Origin: Candidatus Zhuqueibacterota bacterium
GTDB taxonomy: Bacteria; Zhuqueibacterota; Zhuqueibacteria; Thermofontimicrobiales; Thermofontimicrobiaceae
Length of the DNA stretch: 64,000 bases
Direction: 5' to 3'
Assembly: GCA_049322915.1 (NCBI GenBank)
Contig: JBMOPW010000014.1
Location: 509,527-573,526, forward strand
The number at the start of each line of letters is the position of its first letter. The stretch's first letter is position 1. The position numbers and the translations under genes are program-made. The notes beneath the pieces are model-generated. The model saw only the letters and a list, made by a program, of their open reading frames with translations. It did no database searches and had not been told where the DNA came from. Positions 20,077 through 28,910 of this stretch are shown here, in pieces.

Positions 20077-20997
20077 TTGAGACGGACTACAGTTTTATTG
20101 ATCATTACTTTATCCTGTTTTGGCCGCCAGAGCGTGGCTCAGAATAATACCCCTGAAGCTCAGGATAGTAAAGTAATTATCATCCCGCAAAATCAGAGTC
20201 GGACGTTCATGTTCACCAATCAGAGCGGACTTTTTTATTGCGGCGAAACAAGTCTTCCCAATACCTCTCAGTTTCATGGTTTAAGCTATTTAACCCATGA
20301 GTTTTTAGAGGATTATATTGTTGACATCGGCGGGACAGAATTGAAGCGGTCGGCTTCGGAAGTGCATTTGTTCAGCAAGAAGTTCATTCGCTTCTTCAAA
20401 AATACGGCTATTCAGGAAGAGGTCGCCATTGCCGATTCTCTGCCAGCGCTGATTGTGAAAATCACTTCCGACCAGAAAGCGCCCATGACCATTGCGCCGG
20501 TCATTGCCGGTTCGAACCAGGCTCAGGACTATGTGCTTTATTGGTCCACGTCGGATAAAATTCTGTACATCGCCAAAAAGCATCACCTGGTTCGGGACGA
20601 TGATAACAATTATCCAATCTGGATCGGCGTGTGCACTTTCCCCAATGGCGAATACACCACAGGATACGAGTCCCTGCCGGACCGCGACGCGATTATCGAG
20701 GACGCAACATTCGTCCCCGGCAAACTCAATGTGTACCTGGAAGGGGACGCTTACATTTTTTTCATCATTGATGACAGCAAGGCCGGGATTTTGCGGAAGA
20801 GAAATCGAATACTCAAAAAGCTGGAGATCGATTTTGAAAAATCGAATTCGCAGATCGATGGCGTTCGGCAGGCGTGGTTTCAGGACACATCCCGGTACAT
20901 ACGTACCAATTCTCAAATACCAAATTACATGTATATTCCAACAAGCAAAGAGACACATTCAAAGCTCAAGCAAAACATGATTTCTTGCATGAAGTGA
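20077..20997 (+). CDS. exported hypothetical protein, possibly like the N-terminal region of amylo-alpha-1,6-glucosidase-type proteins
   Basis: AAGGAG RBS, TTG start, signal peptide; directly follows the GH13 gene; no catalytic domain recognisable. Confidence 0.45.
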   Translation: MRRTTVLLIITLSCFGRQSVAQNNTPEAQDSKVIIIPQNQSRTFMFTNQSGLFYCGETSLPNTSQFHGLSYLTHEFLEDYIVDIGGTELKRSASEVHLFSKKFIRFFKNTAIQEEVAIADSLPALIVKITSDQKAPMTIAPVIAGSNQAQDYVLYWSTSDKILYIAKKHHLVRDDDNNYPIWIGVCTFPNGEYTTGYESLPDRDAIIEDATFVPGKLNVYLEGDAYIFFIIDDSKAGILRKRNRILKKLEIDFEKSNSQIDGVRQAWFQDTSRYIRTNSQIPNYMYIPTSKETHSKLKQNMISCMK

Positions 20998-21114
20998 ACA
21001 GCAGCCTGAAAATTGAAATTTTGAAGTTCAGGTATTATGTTTTCCAGCATTGGAAAAATCCGATCGCTGTGACAGCGAACTGCCCGTTCATTTCCCGAGC
21101 GTTCATCCCATACG

Positions 21115-21963
21115 CTAAAATACTTTCCTGAATGTCTTCTTCAACACCGACTGATGACGCATGATTTTAATTTTCGATTTGAAGTATTTGAACCGGCTAA
21201 AGGTTCGAAGCACTTTGAGATAGGATTGAATCAGAGGCTTCATATCGGAGAGACCGCGAGGCAGTAATTCCAGGTTGATCACACCCCGGTAGTTTTGTTT
21301 TTTGAGCGTGGCAAGAATTTCCTCGACCGGCAGCGTCCCGCCCATATCGAATGGCAAATGGGCGTCGTAATCGGCTTTACAATCCGACAGGTGCATGAAT
21401 CGTATTTCGCCATTGGACTGCTGTAAAAATGTCACAGGATCCTCTCCCTGCAGATAGTAATGGGACGCATCGAAACACTGTCCCAGCAGCTTCGCACCCA
21501 ATCGTTCTTTAGCCCGTTTGTAGAATGCGTCGAAACGCGCCTGAGGCCAGCCCTGCACATTTTCAAGGATGATTGGCGGTTCCAGCGCGGCCAAATTATT
21601 CAATAAATATTCCGTCGCAGCTTCTTCAGAGGAGGAGGTGCGTCTTTTTTCCGGGGGATGTGAGAGACAGTATTTGACATGCAGGTCCTTGTGGTAGGTA
21701 TTGATAAGCCGAATCAGTTCCTGTATTTCGTCGTCCCGTTCGTGGCAGGAAAAATCGAAACCATCGTCATGACTATTGGGCAGATGAAAGCCGGTTTCAA
21801 TGTCGCCAATGTGTTTGACGAACTCGGAGATGTCCTCAAACACCGGCCGAGAAATTTCGACGAACTCCAGCCCCATTTTTTGAACGAGTTTCAAAAAGAA
21901 GGTCGGAGATATTCCCTTGAATTTGTTGATGGTAATACCTACTAATGTTCGGTTTGTTTTCAC
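21115..21963 (-). CDS. sugar-phosphate isomerase/epimerase family TIM barrel (AP endonuclease 2-like)
   Basis: Metal ligand motifs ILENV, FDASH, MHLSD, HLP, INLE. Confidence 0.75.
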   Translation of the reverse strand: MKTNRTLVGITINKFKGISPTFFLKLVQKMGLEFVEISRPVFEDISEFVKHIGDIETGFHLPNSHDDGFDFSCHERDDEIQELIRLINTYHKDLHVKYCLSHPPEKRRTSSSEEAATEYLLNNLAALEPPIILENVQGWPQARFDAFYKRAKERLGAKLLGQCFDASHYYLQGEDPVTFLQQSNGEIRFMHLSDCKADYDAHLPFDMGGTLPVEEILATLKKQNYRGVINLELLPRGLSDMKPLIQSYLKVLRTFSRFKYFKSKIKIMRHQSVLKKTFRKVF

Positions 21964-22324
21964 GTGCCTGCCCTTCGATCAAAATTTCTGTGCGGTGAAA
22001 AGAATATACGTTGCCTGCGATTGAAATGCAAGGTGAATATCTCAATTTTATATTCGCCGGAAAAATCGCCCGATAAAAGCATCGCTCCCGGTCGACCCTG
22101 TCGTAAGGATAGTTTAACCGAATTTGCCGTCGCTTGTTCCGGCCAGGGCCAGCATATTTCGACAGCACCGGGTTACGAAAAGGGAACGGCCTGATCGCGT
22201 TGGAATCCGCAGCAATGCCAGCCCATTGGTGAAGCCGTTAAATTCGATTAACGACTGATTTTTCTCTTGTATTTTAAACAGATATTTTTATATTTTACGT
22301 GACCTTAAAAAACAGGAGCACGAA

Positions 22325-22951
22325 ATGACGCACGTTTCAGTGATTGACCATCCGCTGATCAGTGATAAGTTAACCCGACTGCGCGATAAAGACGCGCCGT
22401 TTTTCACGTTTCGGAATCTGGTTCGGGAGATAGCCACCATACTCGCCGTTCAATCGTCCTTCCATTGTTCGCTGAAGGAAACGCCGGTGGAAACGCCGCT
22501 TGAATCCACTGCCGGAAAAATTCTGGCGCGGGAGATTGTGATTGTTCCGATCCTGCGCGCCGGCCTGGGCATGGTCGAAGGCTTTTTGAGCATTTTCCCG
22601 GGGGCGAAAATCAGTTTTCTTGGCGTGTACCGCGATGAGGAGACATTGAAGCCGGTCGCGTATTATAAAAATATTCAGGCGTCTGTCGGGGAGGCGGAGA
22701 TCTTTTTGCTCGATCCGATGCTGGCGACGGGCGGCAGCGCCGAGTATTGTCTTTCGCTCATCAAAAAACATGGCGGGAAAAATATTACGCTGGTGACAAT
22801 CATTTCAGCGCCGGAGGGAATTGCGCATATTCATGAAACGCATCCGGACGTGAGGATTGTAACCGCGTGCGTGGACAGGGAACTCAACGATGATGGGTAT
22901 ATTTTGCCGGGATTGGGTGATGCAGGGGATCGACTGAATGGGACGATTTAG
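22325..22951 (+). CDS. upp: uracil phosphoribosyltransferase
   Basis: HPLI, VPILRAGLGM, YRDEETL, LDPMLATGGS, YILPGLGDAGDRL. Confidence 0.97.
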   Translation: MTHVSVIDHPLISDKLTRLRDKDAPFFTFRNLVREIATILAVQSSFHCSLKETPVETPLESTAGKILAREIVIVPILRAGLGMVEGFLSIFPGAKISFLGVYRDEETLKPVAYYKNIQASVGEAEIFLLDPMLATGGSAEYCLSLIKKHGGKNITLVTIISAPEGIAHIHETHPDVRIVTACVDRELNDDGYILPGLGDAGDRLNGTI

Positions 22952-24011
22952 CACGTATTTTTGGGCCGCTTTTTTCATCTTCATCAACATGCAGATCGGC
23001 CTGGCAAGCGACAGTGACAGTCTGATTCAGCGCGGGATTGAGCTGTCGATCAACCATCGTTACGCCGAAGCGGAATCGATTTTCGCGCAAATCATCTCAG
23101 AAAATCCGGACCAGCCTGAAGGCTACTTTTTCATGGCGGCGACGATTCAATCCAAAATGATGGATTATGAATCAGATACCTGGGACAGGGATTTTCACCA
23201 TTACATCGAACTGGCCATTGCCACATCGGAAAAACAACTGGCCGAACACCCGGGGGACAATCTGAGCCTGTTCTACCAGGGCAGCGCGCTCAGTTATCTC
23301 GCGTTTTACCAGGGTCGAAAGCAGGAATACGTTGCCGCGCTTCGAAACGCAATGGCCGGTATTTCCAGATTGAAGCGCATCGCCGGGACAGACCCTGAGT
23401 TTGCGGACGTCTATTTCGGGCTTGGCTCGTACAAATACTGGTGGAGTCGCGCCACGAAATATCTGAACTGGCTGCCGCTGCTGTCCGATGATCGCCGGGA
23501 TGGCATTCGCATGGTGGAACGCGCCGTTGAACAGGGACAGTTCACGCGCTATGCAGCGATGAATGAACTGATCTGGATGCTGCTGGATGCCAGCCTGTCT
23601 GGCGAGGCTTTTGCCTGGTCGCTGCGCGGTTTGGAAAAATTTCCGGACAGCCGATTCTTCCTCTGGGGCGCGGCGAAAAGCGCATTGGCCCTGGACAAAA
23701 TCAACGACGCAGAACGCTACTTCACCCGGCTCCTGAATTCCATCACCGCTGAGCCAATCAATAACGGCTACAACGAGTCCATCTGCCGCATCAATCTGGC
23801 TGAAATAAATTTTGAACTGAAACACTTCGAGCACGCGCAGAGCCAACTGGATCGATTGACCGGCATGCAATTGGCCCCGGGGATTGAGAAAAGACTGGTT
23901 GACCAGCGGGAGAGGGCCAGCCAACTTCAAAAGAAATTGTCGAAATCAGCCAGCCAGTCGCGCGCATCAGTTTTCGAAAACAAGCTTACAAATGTACAGA
24001 GCGGCAAGTAA
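22938..24011 (+). CDS. exported TPR-repeat protein
   Basis: Signal peptide, helical TPR-like repeats (DVYFGLGSY); overlaps the upp stop by 14 nt. Confidence 0.7.
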   Translation: MGRFSTYFWAAFFIFINMQIGLASDSDSLIQRGIELSINHRYAEAESIFAQIISENPDQPEGYFFMAATIQSKMMDYESDTWDRDFHHYIELAIATSEKQLAEHPGDNLSLFYQGSALSYLAFYQGRKQEYVAALRNAMAGISRLKRIAGTDPEFADVYFGLGSYKYWWSRATKYLNWLPLLSDDRRDGIRMVERAVEQGQFTRYAAMNELIWMLLDASLSGEAFAWSLRGLEKFPDSRFFLWGAAKSALALDKINDAERYFTRLLNSITAEPINNGYNESICRINLAEINFELKHFEHAQSQLDRLTGMQLAPGIEKRLVDQRERASQLQKKLSKSASQSRASVFENKLTNVQSGK

Positions 24012-24506
24012 TCCGGCTGTATCGGCGATCAAACCGACCGGGACGGCATGCCGCGTTTTTTTAATGCCGACGGCGCCAAAATAGACCGCGACGACATAAA
24101 AGGTGGTTTCGGAACAGCCGAAGAAGGTGGAAACCAGCCGGCCAATGAACGAATCCGGGCCGTGCTCCTTCATCAGCTCCGTGGCAATGCCGAGCGTTCC
24201 GCTGCCGGAGAGAGGGCGCATCAGCGCTGCCGGCAGGGCTTCGGCCGGCATCCCCAGCAGATTTGTGAGAGGCGAAATAATTTTCACGAAGATATCCATG
24301 GCCCCGGACGCGCGAAACATTCCGATGGCGACCAGTATCGCGACCAGATAGGGGATGATTTTCACAGCGACTTCAAATCCCCCTTTGGCGCCGTCGATGA
24401 AGGATTCGTACACTTTGACTTTGTTTTTCATGGCCAGCACAGGGATGATGAAGAGCAGCAAGGGGATCGACCAGACCGAGACGATTGTAATGATTTTTTC
24501 GAACAT
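23967..24506 (-). CDS. spmB: SpmB-like (nucleoside recognition gate) membrane protein
   Basis: VYESFIDGAKGGF, PAALMRPLSGSG, SETTFYVVAVYFGAVGIKKTRHA. Confidence 0.9.
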   Translation of the reverse strand: MFEKIITIVSVWSIPLLLFIIPVLAMKNKVKVYESFIDGAKGGFEVAVKIIPYLVAILVAIGMFRASGAMDIFVKIISPLTNLLGMPAEALPAALMRPLSGSGTLGIATELMKEHGPDSFIGRLVSTFFGCSETTFYVVAVYFGAVGIKKTRHAVPVGLIADTAGLLAALYICKLVFEN

Positions 24507-25153
24507 TATTTTTCCTCCTCAGCTTGAGCGTTGTCCTGAGCAATGGCCTTATCCTTTGGGGCTTCATTGATTCTGAAAACAGGCAGTCGCTGCAGCACCT
24601 TGGCGGCGATGACGGCGACAACCGTGGCGCACGACGACGCGAAGATGGTCGTGCCGATGATTTCCGCCGGATTGGCCGAACCCAACGTGACGCGGACGCC
24701 GATGACCGTCGCCGGGATCAGCGTGATGCTGCCCGTGTTCAACGCCAAAAATGTGGCCATAGAGTTGGACGCCGTGTCTTTGGTCGGATTCAGTTTTTGC
24801 AGCTCTTCCATTGCTTTGAGTCCCAGGGGAGTGGCCGCATTGGAAAGCCCCAGCCAGTTGGCGGCGATGTTCAGCACCATCGATCCCATGGCCGGATGGT
24901 CTGATGGAATTTCAGGAAACAGCCGCTTGCTGATGGGGCTGACGGCTTTGGCCAACATTCGAACAAGTCCGGCTTTATTGGCAATTTCCATGATTCCCAA
25001 CCACAGCGTCATCATGCCGATTAATCCAATTGCAATTTCAACGGCTGTGTTGGCATAGGAAAATGCCGCTTTGGTGACATCATCAATTTTGCCGTTAATG
25101 GCGCCAACAATGAGCGCGATGATCATCAATCCGAACCAGATGTAATTGAGCAT
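24506..25153 (-). CDS. spmA: SpmA-like (nucleoside recognition gate) membrane protein
   Basis: MLNYIW, LWLGIM, ANWLGLSNAATPLGLKAM, LIPATVIGVR; ATG at 25153 after AAGGAG; stop overlaps the spmB start. Confidence 0.9.
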   Translation of the reverse strand: MLNYIWFGLMIIALIVGAINGKIDDVTKAAFSYANTAVEIAIGLIGMMTLWLGIMEIANKAGLVRMLAKAVSPISKRLFPEIPSDHPAMGSMVLNIAANWLGLSNAATPLGLKAMEELQKLNPTKDTASNSMATFLALNTGSITLIPATVIGVRVTLGSANPAEIIGTTIFASSCATVVAVIAAKVLQRLPVFRINEAPKDKAIAQDNAQAEEEK

Positions 25154-25608
25154 ACAAGTCTCCTTGATTCTTTGAGTTCGTAATACGTGAATTAGGCTAA
25201 CCCGACCAGACACCGTGCAGGGACCCGGGCATGGTGACCCGACGAATCCGGCGCAGCGATATGGTGCATGATTTTTACATGGAGTTAAATCTATCATTTT
25301 TTTTCAGAGAAGCAAGTGTTTTTTCCGGCGAGTAGATCTGGCCGGATGCGGCGCTGTTGGTTCAGGCTAACTCTGAAAAATGTTCTTGATTTTTAATTGT
25401 ATAAATAATATGTTAGGTTTCTCGGAGATTCATTTTAAAAAAAATCGCAGATGAAGATCATTTGTGTTCATTGCAGGCCTGTGGAACAGGCGCTTAGTTA
25501 TATCAAGTATATGTGAACTTGAAAAGTTGTTGCGTTATTCTCATTTTGATTTATGGTTAACATTACAAGGAAAGCCTGATAAATTTACATAAAAAACAAG
25601 AGGTCTTT

Positions 25609-25851
25609 ATGAAGACAATAACGTTGCCGGCTCATTTTGATGGTAAAAAAATCTGCCTGGATGAACCTTTTGATCTAGAACCAAATACAAAACTGATAGT
25701 GACAATCTTGCCGATGAATGAACACGATAATGAACATGACGCCTGGTTACTCCTATCAAGAAAAAGATTAGTAGATTCATATGCTGAGGACGAACCTGAA
25801 TATTCCTTAGATTTAATCAAAGAGAAGGACTCTGATGATGAAGGAAGGTAA
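25609..25851 (+). CDS. putative antitoxin
   Basis: Small acidic protein (AHFDGKKICLDEP...DEPEY) overlapping the start of a PemK-like toxin gene. Confidence 0.6.
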   Translation: MKTITLPAHFDGKKICLDEPFDLEPNTKLIVTILPMNEHDNEHDAWLLLSRKRLVDSYAEDEPEYSLDLIKEKDSDDEGR

Positions 25852-26190
25852 TGTAGTCCTTACACCTGTTCCCCAGGCAGATGGAAAGATAAAAAACAGA
25901 CCAGCAATAATCTTACGTGAGATGCCACTTTACCGTGATTTTCTTGTTTGCGGTATAAGCACACAATTAAATAATGTGTCAAAGATTTTGATGAAATTAT
26001 TTCTACTGTTGATACTGACTTTGAGCCGAGTGGCTTATTGGAAGAATCGTTAATACGGCTTGGTTTTCTTGCAGTGTTGCCTCGTAGCAGCATCTTGGGT
26101 TCAATCGGTTCAATTTCGGTTGAACGACATAGACGCTTATTGAAAACTCTGAGCGAATTTCTGATGGATAATCCTAATAATATCGCCTGA
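25838..26190 (+). pseudogene. PemK/MazF-family toxin, frameshifted
   Basis: MKEGNVVLTPVPQADGKIKNRPAIIL...VCGISTQ continues in a shifted frame after about 25973 as VKDFDEII...SGLLEESLIRLGFL...LGSIG...LLKTLSEFL, ending at TGA 26188-26190. Confidence 0.75.
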
Positions 26191-26312
26191 CAAAAAGAAC
26201 AACCTGAGCAAACCGATGGGCTTCCATTGAACTTTAGTTGATACGTTTCAAGTTTTCTTCTTTAAATAGCCTTTGCTGTAAGCAGTTTGGCAGGTTAATG
26301 TTGGCATTGGGC
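26185..26312 (+). repeat. attC site (degenerate core boxes)
   Basis: R'' GCCTGAC contains the toxin stop; AACCTG-A-GCAAAC pairs with GTTTGG-CAGGTT; R' ATTGGGC. Confidence 0.6.
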
Positions 26313-26451
26313 TGTCGGTCTGATTTTGTCAAACATGCAAAATTATCCCATGAAGAGGCAATGTTATTTTTGTTGTTCCGGGCTGAAGTCTTAAATTGTT
26401 TCGGGATGTTATGCAGTAACTATTTAATCACTTGTTGGGTGAAAGGGAACA

Positions 26452-27258
26452 ATGAAGAGAATATCAACAGCGTGGGTGTTCGTCTCCCACTCGACGAAGG
26501 ACATGGAGAAGGTGCGACGCGTCCGCGACGCCATCGAGGATGCGGGTAGCGAGCCGATTCTGTTCTTCCTCAAATGTCTCGGCGACCACGATGAGATTGA
26601 CGACCTGATTGCGCGGGAGATTCAAGCCCGGAATTTTTTCCTGCTCTGCGATAGTTCAAACGCCCGAGATTCCGATTGGGTTCAGGCCGAGATTGCCCAC
26701 GTCAAGTCTCTCGGGGATAAGAGAGTCGAGAACATCGACCTCGACGGTGACAGGGAGCGCCAGATCAACGGGATTCAATCTCAGATGAAACAAGCGACGG
26801 TCTTTCTCTCGTACGCAAGAAAGGACGAGGCATTGGTTGCACAAGTCCGGTCTGCTCTGATCGCGAACGACTTTAGCGTATGGGACCCGTCAGATGACTT
26901 GGATGCGGGCGATGACTGGGGGAAACAACTGTCCGCTGCTGTTGAAGCGTCCGCGAGGTTTGGGTACTTCCTCCACTTCCTCAGCACGGCATCTCTATCG
27001 TCGAAATGGGTTGCTCGTGAGACTCAGAAAGCGTTGGCGGCGGGTATAGGTCGATACTTACCTATCCTTCTTGATCCCATATCTCCCAGCCAAGTCGTGC
27101 CTCCATTCCTCCGCGAACGCCAGTGGATTGATTTCACATCCCGAAACCTGGATGTCACATTGTCCGTCCTGCTTCGAGCGATGGGAGTCAAAAACACCGA
27201 ACAACAGGGTGGTGGGTATTCACCGCCCGCTACGCGGCTGCCAAAACCCGCACCCTGA
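26452..27258 (+). CDS. tandem TIR-TIR domain protein
   Basis: Two TIR units: VFVSHSTKD...SDWVQAEI and VFLSYARKD...SKWVARE...QWIDF; both keep the catalytic-position Glu; the C-terminus reads through an attC. Confidence 0.8.
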   Translation: MKRISTAWVFVSHSTKDMEKVRRVRDAIEDAGSEPILFFLKCLGDHDEIDDLIAREIQARNFFLLCDSSNARDSDWVQAEIAHVKSLGDKRVENIDLDGDRERQINGIQSQMKQATVFLSYARKDEALVAQVRSALIANDFSVWDPSDDLDAGDDWGKQLSAAVEASARFGYFLHFLSTASLSSKWVARETQKALAAGIGRYLPILLDPISPSQVVPPFLRERQWIDFTSRNLDVTLSVLLRAMGVKNTEQQGGGYSPPATRLPKPAP

Positions 27259-27274
27259 ACATTATATGTTAGGC
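27196..27274 (+). repeat. attC site
   Basis: R'' ACCGAAC; CAGGGTG-G-TGGGT pairs with ACCCGCACCCTG; inner hairpin; followed by ATTATAT and a perfect GTTAGGC. Confidence 0.7.
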
Positions 27275-27282
27275 ACAGCAAA

Positions 27283-27789
27283 ATGGGATACATCTACGTA
27301 CTTTCGAACCCTTCGATGCCCGGTCTCGTCAAGATCGGTTGCACTGATCGCGCTCCAGACGAACGGATAGCAGAACTGTCAAATTCAACGGGAGTTCCTA
27401 CGCCATTTAACTTGGAGTTTGCCGTATTCCTGCGCGATCATTCCGAAGCGGAAAAAGAAATCCACCAGACACTCGTTGCGCATCGAGTAAGTGGTTCGCG
27501 CGAGTTTTTTCGAGTTTCAGTTGAATCTGCAAAAGAGGCGCTTCTCGACCAGCTACAGGTCCAGATGGTCAGTGACATAGATGGATGGGATGACAGGGCT
27601 GTTGTGCAGATGGTCGAAACGATCCTTAACAAGCGCCCTCGCGTTCGTCAGGCGATCCGGCCCACCCTCACCGTAAAGTTACCAGCGGTGGAGAAAGCCG
27701 CCATCTTATCTTGGAATGATGAAAAATTGATGGAGCTCGTCGATGCAATTTTCTCGGCACGCCCAGTTGTCCGTCGGGAGTTTAAGTAG
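27283..27789 (+). CDS. T5orf172/MUG113-family GIY-YIG nuclease with a short helical C-terminal extension
   Basis: GYIYVLSNPSMPGLVKIGCT, ER..EL..STGVPTPF, EKEIH, REFF. Confidence 0.85.
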   Translation: MGYIYVLSNPSMPGLVKIGCTDRAPDERIAELSNSTGVPTPFNLEFAVFLRDHSEAEKEIHQTLVAHRVSGSREFFRVSVESAKEALLDQLQVQMVSDIDGWDDRAVVQMVETILNKRPRVRQAIRPTLTVKLPAVEKAAILSWNDEKLMELVDAIFSARPVVRREFK

Positions 27790-27808
27790 AGGGACGCTTC
27801 CCCATGTA

Positions 27809-27883
27809 CCCTAATTCGGGGTTCCATGATACGGTCACAAGCCGTGCTGCGCTTGCTTCCGCCCTTGAGCCCCGACGTATGGC
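27809..27883 (+). repeat. attC site (degenerate)
   Basis: R'' CCCTAAT; TCGGGGTTC-C-A pairs with TGAGCCCCGA; inner CAAGC/GCTTG stem; R' GTATGGC. Confidence 0.55.
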
Positions 27884-27995
27884 GGATCATGCCAATTGAC
27901 CCTATTGCGCTGGCTGTTCTTCCCACAAGCTTGACTCCCAGCGAGCGGGCTTGCGGGCTAGCGCCGCGATTAGCTCGTAAAATAAAGGAGAAACA

Positions 27996-28679
27996 ATGAA
28001 CGAAAAAGAAGTTATCAGTTATTTGAAAACCACGGTCCGTGATATGATTATTGACGATGTGATAAGTGTTGCTGAATTCCATTGTAATCAAAATGTAGGA
28101 AGAAATGAAGGATTTTTTGACATTCCACGTCAGGTATTTTGTATAGTGGATTTTCTTGGCTATTTATTAAATCCACCAAGAAAAAACAAAGGACATGATA
28201 CAAGTTATAGAGCAATAAAATTTATAACAGCTTTCTTTCCTGAAACTTATAAAAATATTGCGCCACTTATTTATCAACAATGGAGACATGATACAGTTCA
28301 TACATTACTACCCAAAAAATATATTACTAGACATAATAATGAGGAAATTAAATTATATTGGCTAAGTTCACGTTCAAGATCAAAAGTAAGTCTTGATGTT
28401 CATATGCTCCCAATGTATCAAAAAGGAAAGAGAAATTGCATTACAATTATAGTAAATATGGTCCAATTAGCTGCTGACTTATTAAATGCATTTGATAAAT
28501 TTTTAAAAAAAATTGAAACAGATGATAAAGTAAAAGCAGACAGTATAAAAAGATTTAATGAATTATTTGAGTATCAAGAACCTATTGATGATTATAAGGA
28601 AATAATAGTTAACGTGTGGAAAAATCCTTGCGGTATTTTAGATGGTAAAAACGTCATAGAAAGATTTAATACTTGTTGA
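27996..28679 (+). CDS. hypothetical protein with an R-X4-H motif (candidate HEPN RNase)
   Basis: AAGGAG RBS; very AT-rich; helical; VDFLG...FITAFF...IYQQWRHDTVH. Confidence 0.55.
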   Translation: MNEKEVISYLKTTVRDMIIDDVISVAEFHCNQNVGRNEGFFDIPRQVFCIVDFLGYLLNPPRKNKGHDTSYRAIKFITAFFPETYKNIAPLIYQQWRHDTVHTLLPKKYITRHNNEEIKLYWLSSRSRSKVSLDVHMLPMYQKGKRNCITIIVNMVQLAADLLNAFDKFLKKIETDDKVKADSIKRFNELFEYQEPIDDYKEIIVNVWKNPCGILDGKNVIERFNTC

Positions 28680-28771
28680 TTCTTATCTATAGGTTTTACA
28701 AAATCGTTTTTTTGCTTTTGTTAGAATTTAGTGTTTTAAAATTACTTAAAAATGTTGTCCAATGTTTGCTG

Positions 28772-28897
28772 GGCTAGCATCGGTTTCAACCTGACAAAAC
28801 CGCCTTGTTTTAAATCAAGTTTAGTGGTGAAATTGGAAGTCCTGTGCGTTGTATTAGTTTCAGTGTAGCGGTTTTGCAGGTTAAACCAGCGTTCGGC
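28772..28897 (+). repeat. attC site
   Basis: GGTTT-C-AACCTG-A-CAAAACCGC pairs with GCGGTTTTG-CAGGTT-AAACC, leaving two unpaired bases (G and T on the bottom strand); R' GTTCGGC followed at once by AGGAGA and ATG 28911. Confidence 0.8.
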
Positions 28898-28910
28898 AGG
28901 AGAAATTATC

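Noticed and set aside
23967..24011. 45-nt convergent overlap of the TPR gene and spmB
   Set aside because: Short tail-to-tail overlaps are common, and the overlapped TPR tail looks unstructured
23967..25153. spmA/spmB as evidence of sporulation
   Set aside because: The family is widespread in non-sporulating bacteria, and the window carries outer-membrane genes of a diderm
25160..25300. GC-rich leader of spmA as a riboswitch
   Set aside because: No known aptamer consensus or expression platform recognised
26452..27789. Calling TIR + GIY-YIG a Thoeris or two-gene system
   Set aside because: No ThsA-type effector, and an attC separates the genes, so they are probably independent cassettes
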